Part shown: positions 51,738 through 62,727 of the stretch, piece by piece
Layout of the letters: each line of letters starts with the position of its first letter
Position numbering within the stretch: position 1 is the stretch's first letter
Source: Deinococcus sp.
Lineage (GTDB): Bacteria; Deinococcota; Deinococci; Deinococcales; Deinococcaceae
Length of the DNA: 64,000 nt
NCBI GenBank assembly: GCA_965261005.1
Contig: OZ253375.1
Location: 1,120,001 to 1,184,000 of the forward strand
Direction: 5' to 3'
Made by a program: the position numbers and the translations under genes
The notes under the pieces: generated by a model
Databases searched by the model: none
What the model saw: only the letters and a program-made list of their open reading frames with translations
What the model was told of the DNA's origin: nothing

Positions 51738-52049
51738 ATGGAAGAAGTCAACCCCACAGAAGGCCGGCGCCGCGTGCAAGGGGGCGCCCTGCTGCTCGAC
51801 GTGCGCGAACCCGACGAATACGCCGAGGTTCACGCCGAGGACGCCCAGCTGATGCCGCTGTCGAGCCTTGAGAACAGCTACCAGCAGCTCGACCAAGGGC
51901 GCGACCTCGTGGTGATCTGCCGCTCGGGCGCCCGCTCGGCGCGGGCGGCGCAATTTCTGCTGGAGCGCGGCTACCACGCCGTCAATTTGGAGGGCGGTAC
52001 CCAGGCTTGGGAAGCCCAGGACTTGCCGGTCGAGAAGGGTGGGGCCTGA
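51738..52049 (+). CDS. Rhodanese-like protein
   Basis: LDVREPDEY, CRSGARS, LEGG. Confidence 0.92.
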   Translation: MEEVNPTEGRRRVQGGALLLDVREPDEYAEVHAEDAQLMPLSSLENSYQQLDQGRDLVVICRSGARSARAAQFLLERGYHAVNLEGGTQAWEAQDLPVEKGGA

Positions 52050-52450
52050 TGGACGACCGCTTGCAAAGCTTGATGGACGAGGAGGAAAACACCGACCCCG
52101 TGCCCACCGCGCCCGCCGCGCCGATCACGGATGATCTGCCTTCAAAGGCGCAGGTCCTCGAAGCCCTCAAGATCGTCAAGGACCCCGAAATTCCCGTGAA
52201 CGTGGTGGACTTGGGCTTGATCTACGAGGTGGACATCGCGGCGGGCGGCGCGGTGGACATCACCATGACCCTCACCTCGGTCGGCTGCCCGGTGCAGGAC
52301 ATGATCCGCGCCGACGCCGAAATGGCCGTGATGCGCCTGGACGGCGTGAACGAGGTCAACGTGGACTTCGTGTGGACGCCGCCCTGGGGTCCCGACAAGA
52401 TGACCGAGGATGGCAAGCGACAGATGCGCATGTTCGGCTTCAACGTGTAG
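52049..52450 (+). CDS. DUF59/SufT-like metal-sulfur cluster assembly factor
   Basis: DPEIPVNVVDLGLIY, TLTSVGCP, PPW. Confidence 0.92.
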   Translation: MDDRLQSLMDEEENTDPVPTAPAAPITDDLPSKAQVLEALKIVKDPEIPVNVVDLGLIYEVDIAAGGAVDITMTLTSVGCPVQDMIRADAEMAVMRLDGVNEVNVDFVWTPPWGPDKMTEDGKRQMRMFGFNV

Positions 52451-52473
52451 GCATGTATAGAGAGTAGATAGAC

Positions 52474-52502
52474 GTAGGGGAGGGTTTCAAGCCCTCCCCT
52501 AC
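52474..52502. repeat. GTAG-type REP palindrome
   Basis: GTAGGGGAGGGTTTCAAGCCCTCCCCTAC. Confidence 0.75.
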
Positions 52503-52537
52503 GCGCGTTTTCATGAAACTCTTTACGGAACTGTCGT

Positions 52538-53023
52538 TCAGCTGGGCGGCAGCAGCACCGTGTCAATGACGTGAATGACGCCGTTGACCGCCGGAATGTC
52601 CGTATCGGTGACGGTCGCGTCGTTCACCTTGACGGTACCGTCCTCGGCGGAGATGTTCAGGTTGGCCCCCTGCACGGTCTTGGCGGTGCTGAGGCGCACA
52701 ACCTGCGCGCTGGTCACGCGGCCGAGCACCACGTGGTAGAGCAGCACGTTTTTCAGCGCGGCTGGGTCGTTCAGCAGGGACTGTAACTGGTCACTCGGAA
52801 CCTTGGCGAAGGCGGCGTTGGTGGGCGCGAACACCGTGAACGGCCCGGCGCTATTCAGCGTGTCCACCAAACCTGCCGCCTGCACGGCCGTGAGCAGGGT
52901 GCTGAAGTTCGGGTCGCCGGAGACGACCTCCGCGATGGTCTGCCCACCGCCCCCGCCGGCGTACGATCCAGAGGCAGCGAGAAAGGCGGAAAGGGCGGCG
53001 ACGGCCATGACTTTCGCGTTCAT
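52538..53023 (-). CDS. Secreted fasciclin-domain protein
   Basis: FTVFAPTNAAF, LLYHV, NGVIHVIDTVL. Confidence 0.95.
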   Translation of the reverse strand: MNAKVMAVAALSAFLAASGSYAGGGGGQTIAEVVSGDPNFSTLLTAVQAAGLVDTLNSAGPFTVFAPTNAAFAKVPSDQLQSLLNDPAALKNVLLYHVVLGRVTSAQVVRLSTAKTVQGANLNISAEDGTVKVNDATVTDTDIPAVNGVIHVIDTVLLPPS

Positions 53024-53182
53024 GCGTACTCCTTCCGGAAACCGGCTCGGCTTCCGTGGCGCGCCGGATGTGCGGCGCAGTCCGGTCAGCTTGGCAAGAA
53101 AGGGACGTCGGGACCGTAAGGTTTACAGATGTGTGCAAAAGACAACAGCGGGAAATACAATGTGGAAATATCTCCGCACGTT

Positions 53183-53211
53183 GTAGGGGAGGGTTTGAAA
53201 CCCTCCCCTAC
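53183..53211. repeat. GTAG-type REP palindrome (inverted relative to the 52474 copy)
   Basis: GTAGGGGAGGGTTTGAAACCCTCCCCTAC. Confidence 0.75.
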
Positions 53212-53235
53212 CCACATTTCGGCATATCCGCCGAC

Positions 53236-54444
53236 CTAATCCCCCGCCGCCACCGTGCCCGCGCCGCCGCGAAAGGCAAAGACCGCCACGGCCAGCAGCG
53301 CCAGCAGCAGCGCGCCCGAAAAGGTGTACGGCCCGGCGGCCGACACCCGTTGGTACAGCGCCGTGCCGATCAAGGGGCCAAGCATACGCCCGAGGGCGAG
53401 GGCGCTCGAATTCAGGCCGGCCACTTTCCCCTGCTCGCCCGACCCCGCCTTGAGGGATAGCGCGGCCGACAAGCTCGGCCCCAGCAGCGCCGAGCCGACG
53501 CCGACCAGGCCGAGGGCGCCCGTGATGGTCCAAAAGGTCGCGGCGTGCGGAATGAACAGCATGCCCGCGCCCATCACGGCCAAGCCTATGGGAATCAGCT
53601 GGCCCGGAGAAAAGCGCTTAAAGAGGGGGCGCGCACCCTGCACCGCCGCCGCCAAAAAGCCGAACACCGCCAGCATCTCGCCGATGGTGCGCACGGCCTG
53701 CACCCCGCTGACGCGCAATCGGTCTTGCACGTAGAAGCCGATGGTCTGCTCCATGCCCACGCTCGCGAGGGTGTACAGCGCCGAGAGCAACAGCAGCAGC
53801 GGCAGGCCGGGCAGCCGCAACAAGTCCCAGCGCCTCCACCGAACCGCCGTTTGGTCGCCCGGTTGCCGCGACTCGCGCAGCACCAGATGGGCAAACAGGG
53901 CCGTCAGCAACCCCAGGCCCGCCGAGAAGTACACCGGCGCCAGCAGGCCCAGCGTGGAGAGCACGGCTCCTAGGGCCGGCCCGAACACCACGCCCAGGCC
54001 GAAGGCGGCCCCGATCAGGCCCATCGCGGCGGCGCGGTCCTCACGTCCGCTGAGGTCGGCCATGCTGGCTTGGGCGGTCGGCAGCGTGGCGCTGGAGATG
54101 GCCCCGCCCACGACGCGCGACAAGACCAACAGGACAAAGAGCGTCCCGCCGGACAGCAGCCCACGCAGCCCGAGGCTGGCGAACAGCCCGAACAAGCCGA
54201 ACGAGAGGGCAAATCCGACCAGCCCGAGGACCAGCACCGGCCTCCGCCCGACCCGCTCCGAACGCGCCCCCCACAGCGGCGCGCAGATGAATTGCAGCAA
54301 GCTGTACACCGTGCTGAAGGCCCCCACTTGGGTGGCGCTCAGGCCCAGGGCGCGGCCCAGCGGGGCCAGCACGGGAAACAGCACCGACAGGCCCAGCATG
54401 GCGACGAAGATGGTCAGAAACAGCACGGCGCGGGGGTTTCGCAC
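53236..54444 (-). CDS. MFS transporter (TetA-like)
   Basis: [14 protein letters not shown] motif [10 protein letters not shown]. Confidence 0.92.
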   Translation of the reverse strand: MRNPRAVLFLTIFVAMLGLSVLFPVLAPLGRALGLSATQVGAFSTVYSLLQFICAPLWGARSERVGRRPVLVLGLVGFALSFGLFGLFASLGLRGLLSGGTLFVLLVLSRVVGGAISSATLPTAQASMADLSGREDRAAAMGLIGAAFGLGVVFGPALGAVLSTLGLLAPVYFSAGLGLLTALFAHLVLRESRQPGDQTAVRWRRWDLLRLPGLPLLLLLSALYTLASVGMEQTIGFYVQDRLRVSGVQAVRTIGEMLAVFGFLAAAVQGARPLFKRFSPGQLIPIGLAVMGAGMLFIPHAATFWTITGALGLVGVGSALLGPSLSAALSLKAGSGEQGKVAGLNSSALALGRMLGPLIGTALYQRVSAAGPYTFSGALLLALLAVAVFAFRGGAGTVAAGD

Positions 54445-54525
54445 GAGAGGAGGCTAGCACCGGCGGCGCGGCGAACCGAAGGCGTTTTGTCCTTATGGTT
54501 CTAAAGTGAAACCGGAAGAGTGAAC

Positions 54526-54804
54526 GGGTGCATCCCTGAAGAGCGGGAAGATGAGCAGGGCAACCGCAAAGTCAGCGCTTGATCTTTTTTCCTCCCCCCT
54601 TGCGGGGGAGCGCGAAGCACCCCGAAGGGAGGGCCGGGGAGGGGGGTAACGCGGAGTGCGTGTGGGCCGGCTCGTTTACCCCCCCCCCTCCCAACCTCCC
54701 CCGCTAGGGGGGAGGAATTCTGGGTGCAATTTTGCCCTCGTTTCAGGACTTTGCGCTTGCCCTAGTCATCAAGCCTTTCCTTCCCACTGATCTGAGATGC
54801 ACCC
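54526..54804. mobile_element. Nested inverted-repeat (MITE/REPIN-like) element
   Basis: Three concentric IR pairs: 20/25, 16/17 and 21/22 matches. Confidence 0.75.
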
Positions 54805-55260
54805 ATGTTCCTGACCGGCCCGTGGGACATGGGCGACATCAAAAAGGCGGGCGTTGACTACGGCATCGCCGCCGTGCCCACCCCGCCCGGCGCGAACAGT
54901 GACTGGAGTCCCTTCGTGGGCGTGCAGGGCGTGATGCTCAACGCCTACAGCAAGCAAAAGGCGGTCGCGGCGCAGTTCGCCAAGTCGCTGGTGACGCCGG
55001 GAGCGCAGGTCAGCTTCAACAAGGCGGGCGGGCGCATTCCGGTCAGCAAGGCGGCCACCGCGCAGCTGAAGGGCGACCCGGTCGTGGCGGGCTTTTCCAA
55101 GGTGATCGCCCAGGGAACCCCCATGCCCAACGTGCCGCAGATGGGCGCCGTGTGGGGTCCCTGGACGGCGGCGGTGACGCAGGGCACCACCAAACCCAGC
55201 CCCGATTACAAAGGCATTCTCGACAACGCCGTCAAGGAGATCAACAGCAACGTCAAGTGA
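54805..55260 (+). pseudogene. malE: Maltose/maltodextrin-binding protein, C-terminal fragment
   Basis: MFLTGPWD, PFVGVQG, PMPNVPQMGAVW; no signal peptide or N-terminal lobe. Confidence 0.85.
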
Positions 55261-55371
55261 ACAGGGCGCTTTTGAGGACGAGACGTGCGCTCGTCCCCTT
55301 TTCGTAGCCAGGCGTGAGCACCCTTGAGCGAACCCGGCCGCCCATTCGTTTCTCTCGGGAGGAGTGACCAC

Positions 55372-56762
55372 ATGACCGTTTCCCTGCGCAATTCGACGAC
55401 GCCGGAGGGTTCGCGGGGTCTGTTCATCGCCCTGGCGGTGCTGCTCGGCATGCTGGCCGTCTGCGGCCTGGTCGCTTGGGGGGTCAGCAGCCTGATCGGG
55501 GCCAGTTTTCCCACGGCGCCCGCTTGGCTGGTCCTGCTGTTTCTGGCGGCGGCGCTCATTCCGGCGATGCTGTTCGTGGCGCGCGCCTTTCCCTGGATCA
55601 CCAACTGGTACTACCTGCTGCCGGCCATCGTGGTGCTGGCGGCCTTTACGGTCTTTCCCATCGTGATGACCGTCAACTTCGCCTTTACCAACTACAGCGG
55701 CCTCAACTCGGGCTTTCCCGACACCTCGTACAAGACCCCCATCACGCTCTCGGGGGACCGGCGGGAAGTGACCTTCGGCGAGATTCCGGGCCACTTCAAG
55801 ACCTTGCGGGGCCTCTTCGGCTGCGAGGGCGCGACGTGCGCCGGGCGGCCCATCACCCTGTACGACAAGCAGGGCTTCGCCCCCGTCACCGTCACCATCG
55901 AGCGGGTGCAGGGCGACACCGTCACCCTCGCGGCGCCGGTGAGCGCGGCCTTTGTGCCCACCGACGCGACGCGCGTGAACACCTACGGCTACGTGGGCCT
56001 TTCTCAGTTTCAGCAAATTTTCGGGCAGGCGACGGCGGCGCTGTGGCCGGTGTTCGCCTGGACGCTCGTTTTCGCGGCCAGCACCGTTGTTATCAACGCG
56101 GTGGCCGGCCTGATCCTGGGCATTTTGCTCAACAACAAGAACCTCAAGTTCCGCAACGTCTACCGCACGCTGCTGTTTTTGCCGTGGGCCATCCCGACGG
56201 TGATCAGCATTCCCATGTGGGGCGCCCTGATGAACCAGCAGTTCGGCGTCATGAACCGCGCCCTCGGTTTGCTCGGGCCCAACCCGGTTCCCTGGCTGAC
56301 CGACGGCCTCTGGATCAAGATCGCCATTTTGCTGGTGAACCTTTGGCTGGGCTTTCCGTACATGATGACGGCGACCTTGGCCGCCCTGGCGACCATTCCC
56401 GACGACATCTACGAGGCGGCCGACATCGACGGCGCCAGCGGTTGGCAAAAGGTCCGCAACATCACGCTGCCCATGCTGCGCGGCGCTTTCACGCCGATTC
56501 TGCTGTCGGGCTTCGCCTTTAACTTCAACAACTTCGGCGTCGTGTACCTGCTCACCCCCGCCCCGCCCCCGGTGGAGGGCCGGGTCAGCACCGCGTCGGC
56601 GGCCGACATCCTGCTGTCGTGGGGCTACAAGACCGCCTTCAGCGCCAACGGCGGGCAGAACTTCGCGCTCGCCAGCGCCATCGCGGTCGTGATCGCCGTG
56701 CTCACCATCGGCATCAGCGTCCTCAACTTCCGCGCGGCCGGCGTGTTCAGGGAGGCCCGCCG

Positions 56763-56766
<4 letters not shown>
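55372..56766 (+). CDS. malF: Maltose ABC permease MalF-like
   Basis: [40 protein letters not shown]. Confidence 0.9.
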
Positions 56767-58136
<1,370 letters not shown>

Positions 58137-58228
58137 GGGAGAAGAAGCTGTTGACAGGCGCTTCTATAGGGTGAGATAACGGCTTCGGCGCCCCGCGCCA
58201 TAACCCACAGGCAACGCATGTCCCTTTC

Positions 58229-58263
58229 GGGCACGACCTCTTTGTAGAGGTCGTGCCCTTTCT
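58229..58263 (+). terminator. Hairpin plus T run between malG and the GH13 gene
   Basis: GGGCACGACCTC/GAGGTCGTGCCC 12-bp stem followed by TTTCT. Confidence 0.7.
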
Positions 58264-58275
58264 ATTGGAGGACCC

Positions 58276-60113
58276 ATGACCCGACCGCCTAATGCCGTCC
58301 TCGCCGACCTGCCTGCCCAGCACGACCACACCCCCGGCTACACCAGCCGCCTGGGCGCCGAGGTGGGTGAGACCATCACGCTGCGGCTGAGGACCAGTTT
58401 GCCCGTCACGGAAGTCCGGCTCAAGCTGCTCGAATACGGCGAGATCGTGACCCGACCCACGCGGGAGGTTTCACCTCTGGACGGGCAAGGGAAGTGGTTC
58501 GAGGTCGCCCTGAAATTGCACGGGCGCAGGGTCAGCTACGCTTGGCAGCTGCTGTTGCCGGACGACACCCTCAACTTGACCATGGCTGGCCTGCACCACG
58601 CCCGGCGGCCGTACCGCGACTGGTTCCACTACCTGGCGGGATATCAGGCGCCCGAGTGGGCCTGGCAAAGCGTTTTTTACCAGATTTTCCCCGACCGCTT
58701 TAGGAACGGCGACCCATTGAGCGACGTGCGGACGGGCGAGTACGTCTACGCCGGGCGCGAGGTCGTCCAGGTGGACTGGGACGAAGCCCCCACCCGCAAT
58801 CTCGACATCCACGCGCACTACGGCGGGGACCTCGTGGGGGTCACGCAGGCGATGCCCTATCTGGCGGGCCTGGGCGTGAACGCCCTGTGGTTGACGCCCA
58901 TCTTCACCAGCCCCAGCGCGCACCGCTACGACATCAGCGATTACCGCGCGGTGGACCCACACCTGGGCGGCGACGGCGCCTTCGACGCCATGCTGCTCTC
59001 GGCGACGGACCACGGCATCCGCATTGTCCTCGACGGCGTCTTCAACCACGTCGGCAGCGAGAACCCGCTGTTTCAAAGGGCGCTGGCGAGCTTGGAGGCG
59101 CCCGAGCGGGCCATGTTCACCTTCCGGGACGCCGGGGCAGGCCAGCCGCCCTACGCCGCCTTTTTTGACGTGGCGACCTTGCCCAAGCTGGACTTCGCCG
59201 CGCCGGCGGCCGTGAACGAGTTTTTGGAGGGCGAGGAGAGCGTGGTGCGCGCCTGGCTGCGGCGGGGCGTGGCGGGCTGGCGCCTCGACGTGGCGCAGCA
59301 GCTCGGCGTGGGCGGCACCGACGAGGGCAACCTGGAGCTGCACGCGCGTCTCAAAAGGGCGGCCCGCCAGGAGCGGCCCGACGCCTATATCTTCGGTGAG
59401 CGCTTCTTCGATGCGGAGACGGCCCTGAGCGGCGAGGGCGAGGACGGCGTGATGAACTACCACGGTCTCGGCTTGCCGCTGATGGAGTGGCTTTCGGGCG
59501 CCCAGTATCAGGGGTTGCCCTCAAGCATGGGCGCGGCGGAGCTGCTCGACTTGCTGTGGGACGCCTACCACGTCTTGTCGCCACAGATCGCCCTCAACCA
59601 GTTCAACTTGCTCGACTCGCACGACATTCCGCGCGCCCTGTCGCGGCTGGGCGGCGACAAGACCAAGCTGCGCGCCGCCCTGACACTGCTGCTGAGCTAT
59701 CCCGGCGTGCCGTGCCTGTACTACGGCACCGAGATCGGGCTGAGCCAAACGGAGCAAGGGGCAATGCCCTTTAACCGGGGCACCATGCCGTGGGACGAGG
59801 AACGGTGGGATCAAGATTTGCTTGCCTTTGCGAAGCGCTTGATCGGGGTGAGGCGCGAAACGCTGGCCCTGCAACGGGGAACCTGCGCCTGCTGCTGCAA
59901 GAGGAAGACGCCATCGGCTATCTGAGAACGTACACGCACGCGGACGGCCGTGCCGAGCGGGTCGCCGTGCTGGGTAGCCGCCGGGACGGGGCGCACGAGG
60001 TCGCGCTCACGCTGCCTTCCGACGAGTGGCGCGACGCCTTTTCGGGCGAGGCGATCCTCAGCGGCGCGGTCAGGCTGAACCTGGCGGGCGGACGGCTGCT
60101 GCTGGACTCCTAA
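58276..60113 (+). pseudogene. GH13 alpha-amylase/maltodextrin glucosidase, frameshift near the C-terminus
   Basis: FYQIFPDRF, LDGVFNH, GWRLDVA, LLDSHD; frame break at 59876-59881 (LQRG|NLRLL). Confidence 0.85.
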
Positions 60114-60125
60114 ACTGGCCCACGC

Positions 60126-60980
60126 TCAGGCCTCGCCCATCATCAGGCCCTCAATGGTGTGGCCCTGCCGGATGGGTTCCAACTCGTCCACCAAGCGGTA
60201 TGTCAGGTGCTCGCGAACCGTCTCTGACAGTGTTTGGTCGAACGCTCGGGTGATCTGGAGGTCGTGCCGCTCGGCGTTGTTGGCGCCCGGCGCGTCCACT
60301 CCCAGGACCAGCACCGGGCGGGACTTGTCAGAATGGTTGGCGGTGCCGCGGTGAATGGTCAGGGCGCTTCTCACCGATACGTCGCCCATCTTGGGCAGCT
60401 TGCGTTGCGCGCGCGCCTCGTAGCGCGGGTAGAGCGACTTGGGCGGAAACATCTCGTACTCGAAGCCCTCCGGCAGGTCCCATTGGGTGCCGGGCGCGAT
60501 CTCAAAGGGACCCATGTCCTCGGTGGTGTCCACCAGCGTGAGGTTAAAGGCGAGCGAGTTGAGCCGCCGCCCCAAGAGCGTGTCCTCCGGCGCCGGAAAG
60601 TCGCGGTGCCACGGCTGGTTGACGGCGCCGGGACCGGGCACGTCAAAGCCGATCTCGACGATCTTGTAGTCGGGTCCCAGCACGGCCTCGCACACGGCGG
60701 CGACCCAAGGGTGCGTGACGAGATCCAGAAAGCCGCTCACGTCCTCGGGGTGAATTTCCACGTAGTGGCGCTTGGGGCCGCGCCCGACTGCGCCGCCGGG
60801 CCGCTGGAGCGCCGCCTGATACAGCGCGTCCACCTCTTCCCGCATGCGCTGCACCCAGGCGCGCTCGAAGGCGCCCTTGTGCCCCAGAGTGCCGTCGCCG
60901 TACAGGCCACCCATCAAGGTCGCGGTGTCGAACTGTCCTGTGCCGAGTGGCCGAGTCTGCGCTTCGCCCGTGCTGGTCAT
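60126..60980 (-). CDS. Phytanoyl-CoA dioxygenase-family 2OG-Fe(II) oxygenase
   Basis: WHRD, GPFEIAPGT, IHRGTANHS. Confidence 0.9.
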   Translation of the reverse strand: MTSTGEAQTRPLGTGQFDTATLMGGLYGDGTLGHKGAFERAWVQRMREEVDALYQAALQRPGGAVGRGPKRHYVEIHPEDVSGFLDLVTHPWVAAVCEAVLGPDYKIVEIGFDVPGPGAVNQPWHRDFPAPEDTLLGRRLNSLAFNLTLVDTTEDMGPFEIAPGTQWDLPEGFEYEMFPPKSLYPRYEARAQRKLPKMGDVSVRSALTIHRGTANHSDKSRPVLVLGVDAPGANNAERHDLQITRAFDQTLSETVREHLTYRLVDELEPIRQGHTIEGLMMGEA

Positions 60981-61372
60981 ACGCCCCTCCTCGAAAAGTT
61001 TTCTTTAGCATACAGCAGTGTGAGGACCTCCTCACCAAGGTGGTGTGGGTAGGGCGCCAGCAGGTGGGGCATTTCGCGTTTTCGGCGCCAATGGGTGGAG
61101 ACCAGCGGCGCCGGGTAATCCAGCCACACCAAGATGTCGGCGCGCGTCCAAGCGAGGTCGCGCGCTTGGGCGTACACGCCGTCTAGCACCCAAGCGCCTT
61201 GGGCGGTCAACGCCTCCATGCGGGCGCGAAAACACTCGGGCGACGCTTCGCGCCAACCCGCCTCGTGGTACCAAGCGTTTTGCTCGCCGTGTGGCACCTT
61301 AAAACGGTCGGCTAGCGCTCGTGCCAACGTCGTCTTGCCGCTGCCCGTCGTGGCGAGCGCCCGGCTTCTCAC
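60977..61372 (-). pseudogene. Degenerate adenylate kinase/FlaR-like P-loop protein
   Basis: TTGSGKTT, WVLDG.Y, WLDYP; appears internally deleted and lacks a normal start. Confidence 0.7.
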
Positions 61373-61382
61373 CAACTTGGCC

Positions 61383-62581
61383 CAGGGCTGACGCATCAAA
61401 AGGAGGTTGGGTAGGCTGGGAGGGTGAACGAGGAGCAATTGCGGTTAGCGGTGGAGCATTTTGGGATGTTGCCGGACCCACGGATAGAGCGGACAAAGGC
61501 ACACCCGTTGGTGAACGTGGTGGTAATCGCGCTGTGCGCGGTGCTTTCGGATGCCGAGAGTTTCTACGACATCGCAGACTTCGGTGAACTCAAGCGCGAC
61601 TGGCTCTCCAGCTTCCTCGACCTGTCCTGTGGCATCCCCTCGCACGACACCTTCGGCCGGGTCTTCGCGCGACTCGACCCCCTGCACTTCCAGCGTTGTG
61701 TCCTCGACTGGATCAGGTCGGCCATCGGCGGCAGCTTGACCCCCGAAGACGTTTTGGCGATTGACGGCAAGCAACTGCGCGGCTCCGCGCGTGACGACGT
61801 CAGAGCCGTTCACATGCTCAACGTTTGGTCCCATCAGCACGGTTTGTGCTTGATCAGCACGGCGGTGGACGGCAAAAGCAACGAGATCACCGCGCTGCCA
61901 AGCGTGCTCGACACCCTCTCGCTGCTGGAACTCTCGGGTTGCATCATCACGGTGGACGCCCTGAACACCCAACGCGAAGTCGCCCGTAAGGTCATCGAAT
62001 ACCAGGCCAACTACGTGATGGCGCTCAAGGACAACCAGCCCAAGCTCAGCGAGGACGTCCGCTGGCTCTTCGAGGACGCTGAGCAACACGGCTTCGCGCA
62101 GGTCGAGCACGACCAGTTCGAGACGTGCGAGCGTGGACACGGACGGGAAGAAACGCGGCGTTGCGAGCTGCTGTCCGACGTGTCATATCTGGAAGACCAC
62201 CGCTGGCCGGGCCTCCAGAGCGTGGCGCGCGTGACCTGCATCCGAACGCTGAAGGGCAAGACCAGCAGTGAGACGCGCTACTACCTCACCAGCTTGGAAA
62301 CCGACGCGAAAAAGGTGCTGCATGCAGTCAGAACACATTGGGAGGTGGAGAACAAGCTGCACTGGAGCTTGGACGTGGTCTTCGGCGAGGACAGCCACCG
62401 CTATGCCAAGGACCACGGTCCTGAAAACATGGCCGTGCTGCGCCAACTTGCCCTCAACCTGCTCAAGCTCAATCCCAGCAAGGGGAGCCTCAAAGGTAAG
62501 CGTAAAAAAGCCGCTTGGGACGATACCTTCCGCGCCGCCCTCCTCGCTCCCCTTGCCCAAAATTAAGATGCGTCAGCCCTG
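61383..62581 (+). mobile_element. ISAs1-family element with 10-bp target duplication
   Basis: IRs CAGGGCTGACGCATC / GATGCGTCAGCCCTG; CAACTTGGCC at 61373-61382 and 62582-62591. Confidence 0.96.
61424..62566 (+). CDS. ISAs1 transposase
   Basis: GIPSHDTF, IDGK, KSNEI, VDAL, HWEVENKLHWSLDV. Confidence 0.95.
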   Translation: MNEEQLRLAVEHFGMLPDPRIERTKAHPLVNVVVIALCAVLSDAESFYDIADFGELKRDWLSSFLDLSCGIPSHDTFGRVFARLDPLHFQRCVLDWIRSAIGGSLTPEDVLAIDGKQLRGSARDDVRAVHMLNVWSHQHGLCLISTAVDGKSNEITALPSVLDTLSLLELSGCIITVDALNTQREVARKVIEYQANYVMALKDNQPKLSEDVRWLFEDAEQHGFAQVEHDQFETCERGHGREETRRCELLSDVSYLEDHRWPGLQSVARVTCIRTLKGKTSSETRYYLTSLETDAKKVLHAVRTHWEVENKLHWSLDVVFGEDSHRYAKDHGPENMAVLRQLALNLLKLNPSKGSLKGKRKKAAWDDTFRAALLAPLAQN

Positions 62582-62727
62582 CAACTTGGCCCCGGTCCCG
62601 CTCTAAATTCAGATTTATATGAGTATAATATTAAGGCAATTTTTATCCTGCCTTTATAAATAAGGCTTAAGTGAAGATTTATCTCATAAGTTCGCTTTTT
62701 GTCTCAAAATTCCTTCATAATACGGGC

